Source: Chiloscyllium plagiosum
Taxonomy: Eukaryota
Assembly: GCF_004010195.1 (NCBI RefSeq)
Contig: NC_057728.1
Location: 54,040,710-54,104,709, forward strand
DNA length: 64,000 nucleotides
Direction of reading: 5' to 3'
Below are positions 51,251 to 62,985 of the stretch, piece after piece. Made by a program: the position numbers and the translations under genes. The notes under the pieces are model-generated. The model saw only the letters and a program-made list of their open reading frames with translations. It was not told where the DNA came from and ran no database searches. Each line of letters begins with the position of its first letter. The stretch's first letter is position 1.

Positions 51251-53029
51251 ATTACTTCACTGATGGCACAGGTTTCAATCCTGTTCTGGTTGGGACAGGA
51301 TTTGGGACCTACCTCAATGCCCTTCCTTTATGATGGAGGCTACGGATGGGAAACAAAAGAAGAGGAACATTTTAAAGGTCTCTTTTAGGTCATCTGTCAA
51401 CCTTTTTTCAAGGCGATGGAGATCCGGCTTATGTTCTGTCTCACTGGGGTAGTGTGCTGTTCCTGGAGTCATCCCAGAAGCTAAAGATTTGATAAGAGAA
51501 CACAAAACTCCCCACTTCAACCTGTCTTATAGATCCAGGTTCACAGAAAGCACAGATCAGATTTCTTAACAGTAAATACTATTCATTGCAAGTAAATAAA
51601 CTCTAGCTACAGATTAACAATTATGAACTGTCAGCATATAACATATTAACCCTAACCCACTTATAAACTCACTCTTTTACATGCTTATACACACGCACAA
51701 CACACTGACATGAAGAAACATGGCATTATGGATAGAAGTAAAACTGGGGAAGAAGTTTGGTAGTCTTTGTTCATAATATCTACTGAGATGGTTTTTGTAT
51801 TGATCAGAATGTTCCTTCTCAATCTTACTTTTCCAAATGCTTTCTAGTCTGCAATTGGCACAGGGTTGATTATGAAAGGTCTCTTAATTGTGAATTAAAA
51901 GTCATGGCTTATAGCAACTGAAGGTAAAGAAAACTAGTGTTCTTCAGAACTTAAAGTGGTTTTTACTGCAGAGAACAGACAAAGCTCCTGAGCTGGTGAA
52001 GATCTGTTGCCTTCTCATTATCTTGTTCCCAGCCCCAAGCTGTTTTACCTGAGAACCAAACACACAGTTGTTGGGAGTTAGAGGGCCTTTGAAATTGATA
52101 ACTGGTCATGAGTCCACAAATCAATCAGCTACTTGTTGTCATTTATACACACCTCTCTGGTTCCAGCTTGTCTGCAAACAACACTTCAACTGCTGCTTGA
52201 TCAAATACCTGAGTTAATTTTTATATACTGCCAGTAGTTGGGCTAAGTTATGAAGAAAATCTCTTTTTATTATTTGTAATCTGCCATTTGAATTTTCACC
52301 ACACCTTCCAGTGTGAATCTAAGTTGTCATCCCAAAGACTTGCATATGCAAGTTGAATCAAGCAAAGTAGGTGAGGTGGTGGCATCTTGGTAATGTTCCT
52401 GGACCAGTATCCAGAATCCTGGGGTAGTGTTCTTGGGAAATGGGATTAAATCCCACCATAATAAATGGTGAAATTTGAATTCCATAATAGGCTAGGCTAA
52501 TGGCAACCATGGGACTTCTGTCAATTGTCCTTACAAATCCATCTGGTTCACCAATGTCCTACAGGGAAGGAAATCCATTATCCTCACCCAGTCTGGCCCA
52601 CATGTGACTCCAGACCCTCAACAATGTGGCTGGTTTTTAACTGAAGATGGATAACAAATACCAGCATGGCCAGTGACACTCAAAGTAGAATTTAAAAAAT
52701 AGACAGGAGAAAGCCATTCCAAGGTAGTGGGGGTTTTCATTCCCACTGCTAGTATAGCACAAACTGACCTATTGACTGTTCTTTGACCAAACAGTGTATT
52801 TTAATCATATAAACATAATTACAAGCAGAAGTAAACCATTTGACCCTTCAGACCTCCTCTGCTTCACACTGCAAGGTGTGGTGAACATTTAAGCAATAAG
52901 TGGCAAATAAAAAGAAATACGAAACAGAAGATTTTAAAACATTTCTTCAAGATTTAGCCTAACTACTGATAGTTTATAAAAACGAAAACAACTTCTTAGT
53001 TGCACTCTTATTGATAATGCTTAGATTAA

Positions 53030-54170
53030 GCCAAGTGATACACAGGAGGCAACTGAGTAAGACAAAGCCCCATGGTGTCAGAGGCAAGATGCTAGCAATG
53101 ATAGAAGCTTGGCTGTCTGGCAGAAAGCAGAGAGGAGAGATTAAAGGGTCCTTCTCAGGTTGGCAGCCGGTGACTAGTGGTGTTCCACACGGCTCAGTGT
53201 TGGGGCCACAACTTTTCACTTTATACGTTAACGATCTAAATGAAGGAACTAAGGATATTCTGGCTAAGTTTGCAGTTAATACAAAGATAGGTAGAGGGAC
53301 AGGTAGCATTGAGGAGGCGGGGAGGCAGCAGAAGGATTTGGACAGGTTAGGAGAGTGAGCAAAGTTGCAGATGGAGTACAACATGAGAAAGTCTGAGGCC
53401 ATGCACTTTGGTAGGAAGAATAGAGGCATGGACTATTTTCTAAATAGGAAGACAATTCAGAGTCTGAACTGCAAAGAGACTTGGGAGTTCTGGTCCAGGA
53501 TTCAGTCAAGGTAAACTTGCAAGTTGAGTCAGTAGTTATGAAGGAAAACGCAATGATGGCATTTATTTTGAGAGGACTTGAATATAAAAGCAGGGATGTA
53601 CTTCTGAGGCTCTCTAAGACTCTGGTCAGACCACATTTGGAGTATTGTGCACAGTTTTGGCCCCTATATCTCGGGGAGGATGTACTGGTACTGGAGTATG
53701 TTCAGAGGTGGTTCATGGGAATGGTCCCAGGAATGAAAAGCTCAACATATGAGGAATGTTTGAGGACATGGAGTTTAGAAGGATGGGGTGGGGGAGTTGG
53801 TGGGTGGTGGAATCTAATTGAAATAGAAAGAACACAAAATAAATGTTGGGAAGATGTTTCCATTGGTAGGAGAGACTAAGACCTGAGGGCACAGCCTTGA
53901 AGTAAAGGGAAGACCTTTTAGAACGGAGATAAAAAGAAACTTCTTCAGCCAGAGAATGGTGAATCTAAGGAATTCATTACAACTGAAGGCTGTGGCCAGG
54001 TCATTGAGTATATTTAAGACTGAGATAGATAGCTTCTTGAGTATCAAGGGATCAAGAGTTATGCTGAGAAAGTGGGAGAATGGATTTGAGAAACTTATCA
54101 GCCATGATTGAATGGTGGAGCAGATTTGATTGGCTGAATGGTCTAATGTCTGCTCCCATGCCTTACAGTC
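53030..54170 (+). mobile_element. CR1 LINE RT-to-3' fragment
   Basis: HGVRGKMLAMIEAWLSGRKQR..SGVPHGSVLGPQLFTLYVNDL..KFAVNTK; LVRPHLEYCAQFW; CR1 tail. Confidence 0.9.
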
Positions 54171-54648
54171 TAATTCTGGTCACCATATCTTGTTAAAAAA
54201 AAGATATGGAACATGGGGACAAAGTAACTAACAATGCAGATTCATAAGGAAAATGCCAGAAATATCAATAGAAAATGAAAAGGCTGTGTCTCCATTGCCT
54301 TGAAAGAAGGAGGCTGACAGTGATCTAAATGTAGAAACATAGAAACTAGGAGGAGTATGCCTTCAATCCTACTCTACCAATCAATATGATCAGGACCATT
54401 TCTCTATCTCATCTGTTTTCTCCACATATGCCTTGATGTCTTTAATGTCTAAAAATTGATCAATCTCTTACTTTGTTATACCCAGACTCCACAGTCTGCT
54501 GTGGTATCGAATTTCACAGGTTGACCACCCTGAGTGAAGAAATCTTTCCTCATCTCAGTCCTAAAGGGCCTAACCTGTATTCTAGGTTGAGAAAAAAGCC
54601 CTCCGCTTCTTTCTTTCCCGCCGTACCAACCAGTACCCTTCCACTGAC

Positions 54649-55700
54649 ACCCTCCTTCGACTGACTGAACTGGTCCTCACCCTGAACAACTTCTCTTTCC
54701 AATCCTCCCACTTCCTCCAAACCAAAGGAGTAGCCATGGGCACCCACATGGGCCCCAGCTATGCCTGCCTCTTCGTAACCCTCCTTCGACTGACTGAACT
54801 GGCCCTCACCCTGAACAACTTCTCTTTCCAATCCTCCCACTTCCTCCAAACCAAAGGAGTAGCCATGGGCACCCACATGGGCCCCAGCTATGCCTGCCTC
54901 TTCGTAACCCTCCTTCGACTGACTGAACTGGCCCTCACCCTGAACAACTTCTCTTTCCAATCCTCCCACTTCCTCCAAACCAAAGGAGTAGCCATGGGCA
55001 CCCACATGGGCCCCAGCTATGCCTGCCTCTTCGTAACCCTCCTTCGACTGACTGAACTGGCCCTCACCCTGAACAACTTCTCTTTCCAATCCTCCCACTT
55101 CCTCCAAACCAAAGGAGTAGCCATGGGCACCCACATGGGCCCCAGCTATGCCTGCCTCTTCGTAACCCTCCTTCGACTGACTGAACTGGCCCTCACCCTG
55201 AACAACTTCTCTTTCCAATCCTCCCACTTCCTCCAAACCAAAGGAGTAGCCATGGGCACCCACATGGGCCCCAGCTATGCCTGCCTCTTCGTAACCCTCC
55301 TTCGACTGACTGAACTGGCCCTCACCCTGAACAACTTCTCTTTCCAATCCTCCCACTTCCTCCAAACCAAAGGAGTAGCCATGGGCACCCACATGGGCCC
55401 CAGCTATGCCTGCCTCTTCGTAACCCTCCTTCGACTGACTGAACTGGCCCTCACCCTGAACAACTTCTCTTTCCAATCCTCCCACTTCCTCCAAACCAAA
55501 GGAGTAGCCATGGGCACCCACATGGGCCCCAGCTATGCCTGCCTCTTCGTAACCCTCCTTCGACTGACTGAACTGGCCCTCACCCTGAACAACTTCTCTT
55601 TCCAATCCTCCCACTTCCTCCAAACCAAAGGAGTAGCCATGGGCACCCACATGGGCCCCAGCTATGCCTGCCTCTTCGTAACCCTCCTTCGACTGACTGA
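54649..55700 (+). repeat. 129-bp tandem array, 8 full units + 20 bp
   Basis: Units start at 54649, 54778, 54907, 55036, 55165, 55294, 55423 and 55552, with a partial unit at 55681. Units 2-8 look identical; unit 1 differs only at 54674 (T vs C). Confidence 0.97.
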
Positions 55701-55924
55701 TCCCTTGGGGTTGGAGGGTTCCTGGGCGGAAGATGCCTCAGTCAAAACCATCGAACTCAGCACCGCCTTCCTAACCTGCAATCTTCTTCCCGACCTCTCC
55801 GCCCCCACCCCAGTCTGACCTATCACCCTCACCTTGACCTCTTTCCACCTATCACATTTCCGACGCCCCTCCCCCAAGTCCCTCCTCCCTACCTTTTATC
55901 TTAGCCTGCTGGACAAACTTTCCC

Positions 55925-55962
55925 CATTCCTGAAGAAGGGCTTATGCCCGAAACGTCGATTC
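55925..55962 (+). ncRNA. Minimal hammerhead ribozyme motif (PLE-associated)
   Basis: cauuc-CUGAAGAA-GGGC-UUAU-GCCC-GAA-ACGU-C-gauuc: core, stem II and GUC triplet intact; stem I is weak (3 of 5 pairs). Confidence 0.65.
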
Positions 55963-56069
55963 TCCTGTTCCCTGGTTGCTGCCTGACCTGCTGCGCTTTT
56001 CCAGCAACACATTTCCAGCTGTATTCTAGGTTCCCTGGTTCGAGACTTCCCCACAAAGGGAAACACAGT

Positions 56070-56560
56070 TGAGTCATAGAGTCATACAACATGGAAACAG
56101 GCCCTTCAGTCCAACTCCTCCATGCCAACCAAGTTTTCCCAAACTAAACTACTCCCACTTGTCTGCATTTGGCTCATATCCATCTAAACCTTTTCGATTC
56201 ATGTACCTGTCCAAATGTCTTTTAAATGTCGTAACTGTACCTGTATCTACCACTTCCTCTAGCAGTTCATTCCACAGATGAACCACCCTCTGTGTGAAAA
56301 AGATGCCCCTCAGGTTCTTTTTAAATATTTCTCCTCTCACTTCTAGTTTTGAATTCCCCCACCCTAGGAAAAAGACCTTTGCATGGACAGGTTGGACCAA
56401 AGGGTCTGTTTCCATGCTGTACATCTCTATGACTCTATGACTCTATGCTATTCACCTTATCTGTGCCCTCATGATTTTATGAACCTCTGTAAGGTCATCC
56501 CTTAATTTCCTCCACTGCAGCGCCTCAGCCTATCCTTATAACTCAAACCCTCCGTTCCCA
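56070..56560 (-). mobile_element. CR1/HER1 3' end with a short opposite-strand tail inserted at about 56381-56446
   Basis: ORF 56149..56424 RGEIFKKNLRGIFFTQRVVHLWNELLEEV; tail gagtcatagagtcata at 56071. Confidence 0.85.
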
Positions 56561-57794
56561 GCAATAATTGTATTTTGTAGAACTCTGTTACAATTGTATG
56601 TGTTTCAATCAGAATGCCTCTCATTCTTTAAAACTCTCCAGTCAAACCAATCTCTCCTCAAGGAACAGACTTGCCATCCCCAGTATCAGCCAGTGAACCA
56701 TAGCAGCAATCCTCTATGGTAAGTATATCCTCTCTTAGGTGGGAGACCAAAACTGCACACAATACTCTAGGTACAGTCTCACCAAAGCCATATATAATTT
56801 CAGTAAGACATCCTTACATCTGAACTCAAATCATCTTGCAACAAAGGCCATTACACCACTTAACTTCCTAATTGCTTGCTGCATATTCTTTTTTACTTTC
56901 ATTGATTGGTGTTCAAGGAAGCCCAGATTCCTTTGTACACACACACTTCCCAAAATATCACAAATTAAAAGAAGTCTTTAAAATTTTCCTCTTACATTTT
57001 TCCCTGTCGACAGCATCCACATGTGGGAAGTGCAAGGAGGCGGATCCCAAATTCTGACACAGTTGGAACAAGAGATTGAACAATACCATCATGCCTGAGC
57101 TGTTTGTGTTTCAATTTCCGCATTCCCATCTATCTGGGATAACCTTTGATTTACAAAACTATATCCATCATGTTGGGAAACTCCCAAGAAAAAAACAGAA
57201 AAGCTCCAGGGATATCCTCAAAGCATTCCTGAACAGGTCAAACATCCCCATAGTCTAATAGGAATCTCTCCATTGTCTGTGTGGGTTTCCTGCCATAATT
57301 CAAAGATGCGCAGGCTAGGTGGATTGACCATGCTAAAATTGCCCATAGTATCCGATGAATGTGTGGCCATGGGGAATGCAGGCTTACAGGGATGGGATGG
57401 GTCTGGGTGGGTGTTCTTTGGCCTGTTTCCACTCTGTAGAGATTATATGATCTTAGGTTTTCTACCAAAGTTATTCTCCTTTTTCCTTCTGCGTTTTTTT
57501 TGATAAAATTAAATACAGCTCACAAAAATCACAGAGAAAGAATTGATACTCACAGAAGGTGTGCCTTGCTCCACCAACAACGCTAAACGCGAGAGGCCAG
57601 AGTGGAATCAACAGATACATCAATTAAATTAGTCAGTCTCTAAGTGATCAGGAGTAATTTGATTAAACGAGTACTGGACAATTGAATACTAATTGAAGAA
57701 ACGTGTTTATATTCGTGCTTTCAACAATCACTGAACATCCCAAAGTACATTAAAGCCAATTACACACATTCTGCAGTATGTTTACTGTTATAAT

Positions 57795-60700
57795 AGATGG
57801 TCTTCATCTGAACCAGAGTGGTACCAATATCCTGGGGGAGCGGAATTTGCTAATGCTCTTTGTGTGGGTTTAAACTAAATCAGCTGGGGAATGGGAACCC
57901 AAACTGTAGTTTGGGAATACAGGAGGTTGAGAGTAGGGAGGTCTGAAATAAGGTTGCAGGGTGGCAAGAGGGCACCGGCAAGCAAGGAATTGGTTTGAAG
58001 TGTGTCTAATTCAACACCAGGAATAAGGTAGTTGAGCTTGCAGCATAGGTCGGTACCTGGGATTTTGATGTCGTGGTCATTTCAAAGACATGGGCAGAGC
58101 AGGGACAGGAATGGTTGTTGCAGGTTCCGGGATTTATATGTTCCAGTAAGAACAGAGAAAATGGTAAAAGAGGTGGGGTGTGATATTGGTGGTCAAGGAC
58201 TGTATTACGGCTGCAGAAAGGACGTTTGAGGACTCATCAACTGAGATAGTATGGGTTGTGATTAGAAACAGGAAAGGAGAGGTCATTCTGTTGGGAGTTT
58301 TCTATAGGCCTCCAAATAGTTCCAGAAATTTAGAGGAAAGGCTGGCAAAGATGATTCTCGATAGGAGCGAGAATGACAGGGTAATTGTTATGGGGGACTT
58401 CAACTTCACAAATATTGACTGGGAGTGCTATAGTTCAAGTACTTTAGATCGGTCAGTTTTGTCCATTGTGTGCAGGAGAGTTTTCTGACACAGTATGTAG
58501 ACAGGCCAACAAGGGGTGAGGCTACATTAGATTTGGTATTGGGTAATGAACCCAGCCAGGTTTTAGATTTGGAGGTAGGTGAGCATTTTGGTGATAGTGA
58601 CCACAATTCAGTTATGTTTACTTTAGCGATGGAAAGGGATAGGTATACACCAGAAGGCAAGAGCGACAGTTGGGGGAACAGCAATTATGATGTGATTAGA
58701 CAAGATTTAGGATGCATAGGATGGGGAAGGAAACTTCAGGGCATGGGCATAATAGAAATGTGGAGCTTATTCAAGGTACAGCTACTATGTGTCCTTGATA
58801 AGTCTGCACCAGTCAGACAGGGAGGAAGTTGTCGAGCGCAGGAGCCGTGGTTTACTAAGGAAGTTGAATCTCTTGTCAAGAGGAGGAAGAAGGCTTATGT
58901 TAGAATGAAATGTGAAGGCTCAGTTCGGGTGATGAAGAGTTGCAAGGTAGTCAGGAAAGACCTAAAGAGAGAACTAAGAGGGGCAAGGAGGGGACATGAG
59001 AAGTTGTTAGCAGATAGGATCAGGGAAAACCTTAAAGCTTTCTGTAGATATATAAGGGTAAAAAGAATGACTAGAGTAAGATTAAGGCCAATTAAGGACT
59101 GGGATGTTGTGCGTGAAGTCAGAGGAGATAGGGTAAGCACTAAATGAATATTTACTGGAAAAAGACAATGTTGTCAAAGAAAATACTGAGAAACAGGCTG
59201 CTAGACTAGATGAAATTGAGGTTCACAAGGAGGAGGTGATAGAAATTCTGGAAAGTGTGAAAATAAATCAATCCCCTGAGCTGGATGGGAATTATCCTCT
59301 GATTCTCTGGGAAGCCAGGGAGGAGATTGCCAAGCCTTTGGCTTTGATCTTTATGTCATCATTGTCTGCAGGAATTGTACCAGAAGACTGGAGGATAGCA
59401 AATGTTCAAGAAGAAGAGTAGAGACAACCCTGGTAATTATAGACCAATGAGCCTTACTTCGGTTATGGGTGAAGTGTTGAAAAAAGTTATAAGAGATAAG
59501 ATTTATAATCATCTCTATAGGAATAAGTTGATTAGGGATAGTCAACACGGTTTTGTGACAGGTAGGTCGTGCCTCACAAACATTATTGAGTTCTTTGAGA
59601 AGGTGGCCAAGCAGGTGGATGAGAGTAAAGCTGTGGATGTGGTTTATATGGATTTCAGTAAGGCATTTGATAAGATTCCCCATGGTAGGCTACTGTACAA
59701 AATACGGAGGCATGGGATTGAGGGTGATTTAGTGGTTTGAATCAGAAATTGGCTAGCTGTAAGAAGGCAGAGGGCGCTGGTTGATGGGAAATGTCCATCC
59801 TATAGTTCAGCTACTAGTGGTGTACTGCAAGGATCTGTTTTGGGTCCACTGCTGTTTGTCATTTTTATAAACAACCTGAATGAGGGCATAGAAGGACGGG
59901 TTAGTAAATTTGCAAATGACAGTAAGGTCGGTAGAGTTGTGGATAGTGACGAAGGATGTTGTGGGTTACAGAGAGGCATAGATAAGTTGCAGAGCTGGGC
60001 TGAGAGGTGGCAAATGGAGTTTAATGCAGAAAAGTGGAAGGTGATTCACTTTGAAAGAAGTAATAGGAATGCAGAGTACTGGCGTATGATAAGATTCTTG
60101 GCAGTGTAGATGAGCAGAGAGATCTCGGTGTCTCATTACATTGATCCCTCAAAGTTGCTACCCAGGTTGATAGGGTCTTTAAGAAGGCATACGGTATGTT
60201 AAGTTTTATCAGTAGAGAGATTGAGTTTTGGAACCATGAGGTCATGCTGCAGCTGTACAAAACTCTGATGCGGCTGCACTTGGAGTATTGTGTGCAGTTC
60301 TGGTCATCACATTATAGGAAAGATGTGGAAGCTTTGGAAAGGTTTGAGAGGAGATTTATTGGGATGTTGCCTGGTATGGAGGGAAGGTCTTATGAGGAAA
60401 GGTTGAGGGACTTGAGGCTGTTTTCATTAGACAGAAGAAGGTTGAGAGGTGATTTAATTAAGACATAAAAGATAATCAGAGGGTTAGATTGGGTGGACAG
60501 TGAGATCCTTTTTCCTAGGATGGTGATGGCTAGCATGAGGGGTGATAGATATAGCACGAGGGGTGGGCGGCACGGTGAAGGGGTAAATGTAGGGGTATGG
60601 GTGGGTTGCGCTTCGGCGGTGTGGACTTGTTGGGCCGAAGGGCCTGTTTCCACACTGTAAGTAATCTAATCTAATCTAAACTAATCTAATCTAATCTAAT

Positions 60701-60930
60701 ATAGGAGAGATATCAGAGGTAGTTTCTTTACTCAGAGAGTAATAGGAGGGTAGAACACACTGCCTGCAACAGTTGTAGACTCACCAACTTCACAGGCATT
60801 TAAATTGTCATTGGATAGGCATGTGGACGAGAATGGAATAGTGTAGATTAGATGGGCTTCAGATTGGTTTCACAGGGTGGCACAACATCGAGGGCCGAAG
60901 GGCCTGTACTGTGCTGTAATGTTCTATAAT
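57795..60930 (+). mobile_element. Long inactivated CR1 LINE (end of ORF1 + whole ORF2)
   Basis: DGLHLNQSGTNILG at about 57797; YRPPNS, GDFNFTNIDW, GDSDHNSV, YRPMSLTS, YMDFSKAFDKIPH, KFANDSK, LEYCVQFW; CR1 tail at about 60890-60930. Confidence 0.93.
60555..60698 (+). mobile_element. Internally deleted HE1-type SINE with (CTAAT)n tail
   Basis: Head gggcggcacggtg fused directly to the 3' part aaggggtaaatgtagg...ccacactgtaag; 6-bp TSD atatag (60549-60554, 60699-60704). Confidence 0.8.
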
Positions 60931-60949
60931 GCAATAAGCACAGCAACTA

Positions 60950-61370
60950 ATTTACATACTGGAATGTGATAATGACCAGGTAATCTGTTTTAGTAAGGTT
61001 GTTTGGGAGATAAATATTGGTCAGGACAATGGGGAAAACTCCTAAAATTGGTGCTATTTGATTAAAGATTCTCCTTCTTAATCTTTCCCCTCGTCCAAGG
61101 AATGGTGACTCTCGGGTTAAAACATCAGCAGTTATCTTTGTCTCTCTCCAGTAGGACTATGGCAACTTATTAATTGTTGGATCAATTATGGGCACATCAT
61201 GTAGAAAGATGGGCCTCAGTTTTAACATCTCATCAGAAAGACAGCACAGCCCACCCTCAGTACTGCACAGGATTAGTCATCTAGATATTTCTGTTCAAAT
61301 ATGGGTGAAAGACTTAAACCCAGAATTTAGTCTGAGGCATGACTGTAGTAATTGGACTATTGCCGCACAT
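60950..61370 (-). mobile_element. Ancient Deu-domain-like SINE remnant (SacSINE1-like)
   Basis: gggcctcagttttaacatctcatcagaaagacagcac...ccctcagtactgcac resembles the Deu domain in reverse; similar weak remnants at about 2720-2945(-) and 3700-3830(+). Recognised from memory only. Confidence 0.5.
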
Positions 61371-61960
61371 GGAGAAATATAACTGAAGACCAGAATGAAA
61401 ATATTAAATACACAGATAATTGCTTCATAAGACCAGTAGGCCTTGACTCTGCATTGTGCCATGTTCAAGTCAGTCACATGGTTTATGTTTAGCAACTGAC
61501 TGTAAAAAGAATTTCCAGAACCTTAACCACAACATCAACATCACTGGGGTTTTGACTACTTGGGAGTTTTCAGCACACATTGGAAACTTGGGTTAAGTTT
61601 TAATTTAGGATATTTTAAGCACAAAATTCAATAAGGACTCTCTGAAAGAAGTTAAAAGACTGGAAAGCAAGTTTAAAGAAATAGTTTGCTCATAGTGGCC
61701 CAGTCAAAATTCCACTTTAACCTCAGGAGATCAAAGGAAGAAAGATTTGCACATACAACTCCTTTCAACCATGGCAATTATAAATAGGGCCTTTCAAGAT
61801 CTCAAGACATTTCAAAATGTTTACAATGAAGTTGTTTTGAAGTGTACGATCATTGTAATAATGTAGAAAATTAGCAGGCAATTTGCACGTTGTTTTAACA
61901 CTATATCCCCCAATGACAATTTGAAAGAGTCTTTGGTGTCTTTCTTTCACTCAGAAGAAT

Positions 61961-62527
61961 TATAGAATTCCAAAAGTGTGGAAAGAGGCCATTTGGCCCA
62001 TTGAACCTTCACCAACTCTCTGAATAGCATCCCATCTAGACCCAACCCTTTCTCCTATCCCCATAACCCAGCATTTCCCATGGCTAGGTAAAAACAATGA
62101 CTGCAGATGCTGGAAACAAGATTCTGGATCAGTGGTGCTGGAAGAGCACAGCAATTCAGGCAGCATCCGAGGACAGGCAAAATCGACGTTTCGGCTAACC
62201 TACCTAACCAGCACATCCCTAGTCACTAAGTGTAATTTATTCCTGATAAAGGGTTTATGCCCAATATGTTGATTCTTCTGCTCCTCAGATGCTGCCTAAC
62301 CTGCTATGCTTTTCCAGCGCTACACTTTTCAACACTATGGACAATTTAGCATGGCCAATGCATGTAACCTGCTCATCTTTGGACTCAGGGAGGAAACCGG
62401 AGCACCTGGAATACACCCTAACTGACACAGGGAGAATGTACAAACTCCATACAAATAGTCAGCCACAGCTGGAATTTAACTCAGGTCCTTGGAGCTGTGA
62501 AGTCAGCACTGAGCCACCACACCACCC
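61961..62527 (-). mobile_element. HE1-type SINE carrying two PLE terminal-repeat insertions
   Basis: HE1 body interrupted at about 62087-62193 (PLE, minus) and 62240-62330 (PLE, plus). Confidence 0.8.
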
Positions 62528-62842
62528 ACAGGGCTTTTGCACATGCCCTGGTTTTCTCTTTGGTCAGGTATATAGTGCTAGTGCAGAGGGAAGTTCAGGC
62601 TTACCTCACTCAATGCTGGACAGAAAGTAAATCTTGAGTTGATCAAGCAACCATCACACACAAGATTGATCACTTGCTTTTAGAGATTAATCAATTACAA
62701 TACCACAAGACGTGCCCATAGAACATGCTGTAGTGTAGTGGGATAGGAGTTTCCCATCAGCCCTCACATGGATGTGAACTATCTGCAGAGTATCAGGATA
62801 TGCAGACTGGCTTTAATGAGGATGGTTGAGGAATAAAGATTG

Positions 62843-62985
62843 GTTCTGAAGAAGGGTCAGTGGACCTGAAATGTTAGCTCAGCTTTCTCACCATAGATGC
62901 TGGCAGACCTGCTGAACTTTTCCAGCAATTTCTACTTTTGTTTATTTCTATTTTTTTTTTCAACATCCACAGTTCTTTCAGTTTT
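62843..62985 (+). mobile_element. Penelope-like terminal-repeat remnant with hammerhead-like core
   Basis: CTGAAGAA-GGGTC-agtg-GACCT-GAAA followed by gatgctggcagacctgctgaacttttccagc. Confidence 0.7.

Larger units (their letters stand above)
54589..56018 (+). mobile_element. Rearranged Penelope-like insertion: RT fragment x8, inverted endonuclease scrap, hammerhead-bearing 3' end
   Basis: Perfect 14-bp TSD ctgtattctaggtt (54575-54588, 56019-56032) within a minus-strand CR1 remnant; RT motif LTLNNFSF..HFLQTKGVAMGTHMGPSYACLFV; 3' end similar to 32800-33140. Confidence 0.92.

Noticed and set aside
51523..52302. Possible second long solo LTR
   Set aside because: TG...CA ends and slight resemblance to the start of 24606-25250, but no TSD or alignment I can support.
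54649..55700. CRISPR-like array
   Set aside because: Units are contiguous and identical with no unique spacers; eukaryotic context, no cas genes.
54550..55818. 360-aa (+) and 366-aa (-) repeat-protein ORFs as a novel gene or sense/antisense gene pair
   Set aside because: Both arise automatically from a stop-free 129-bp (43-codon) unit; the + unit is a PLE RT fragment without the catalytic aspartate motif, and no promoter or splice evidence is visible.
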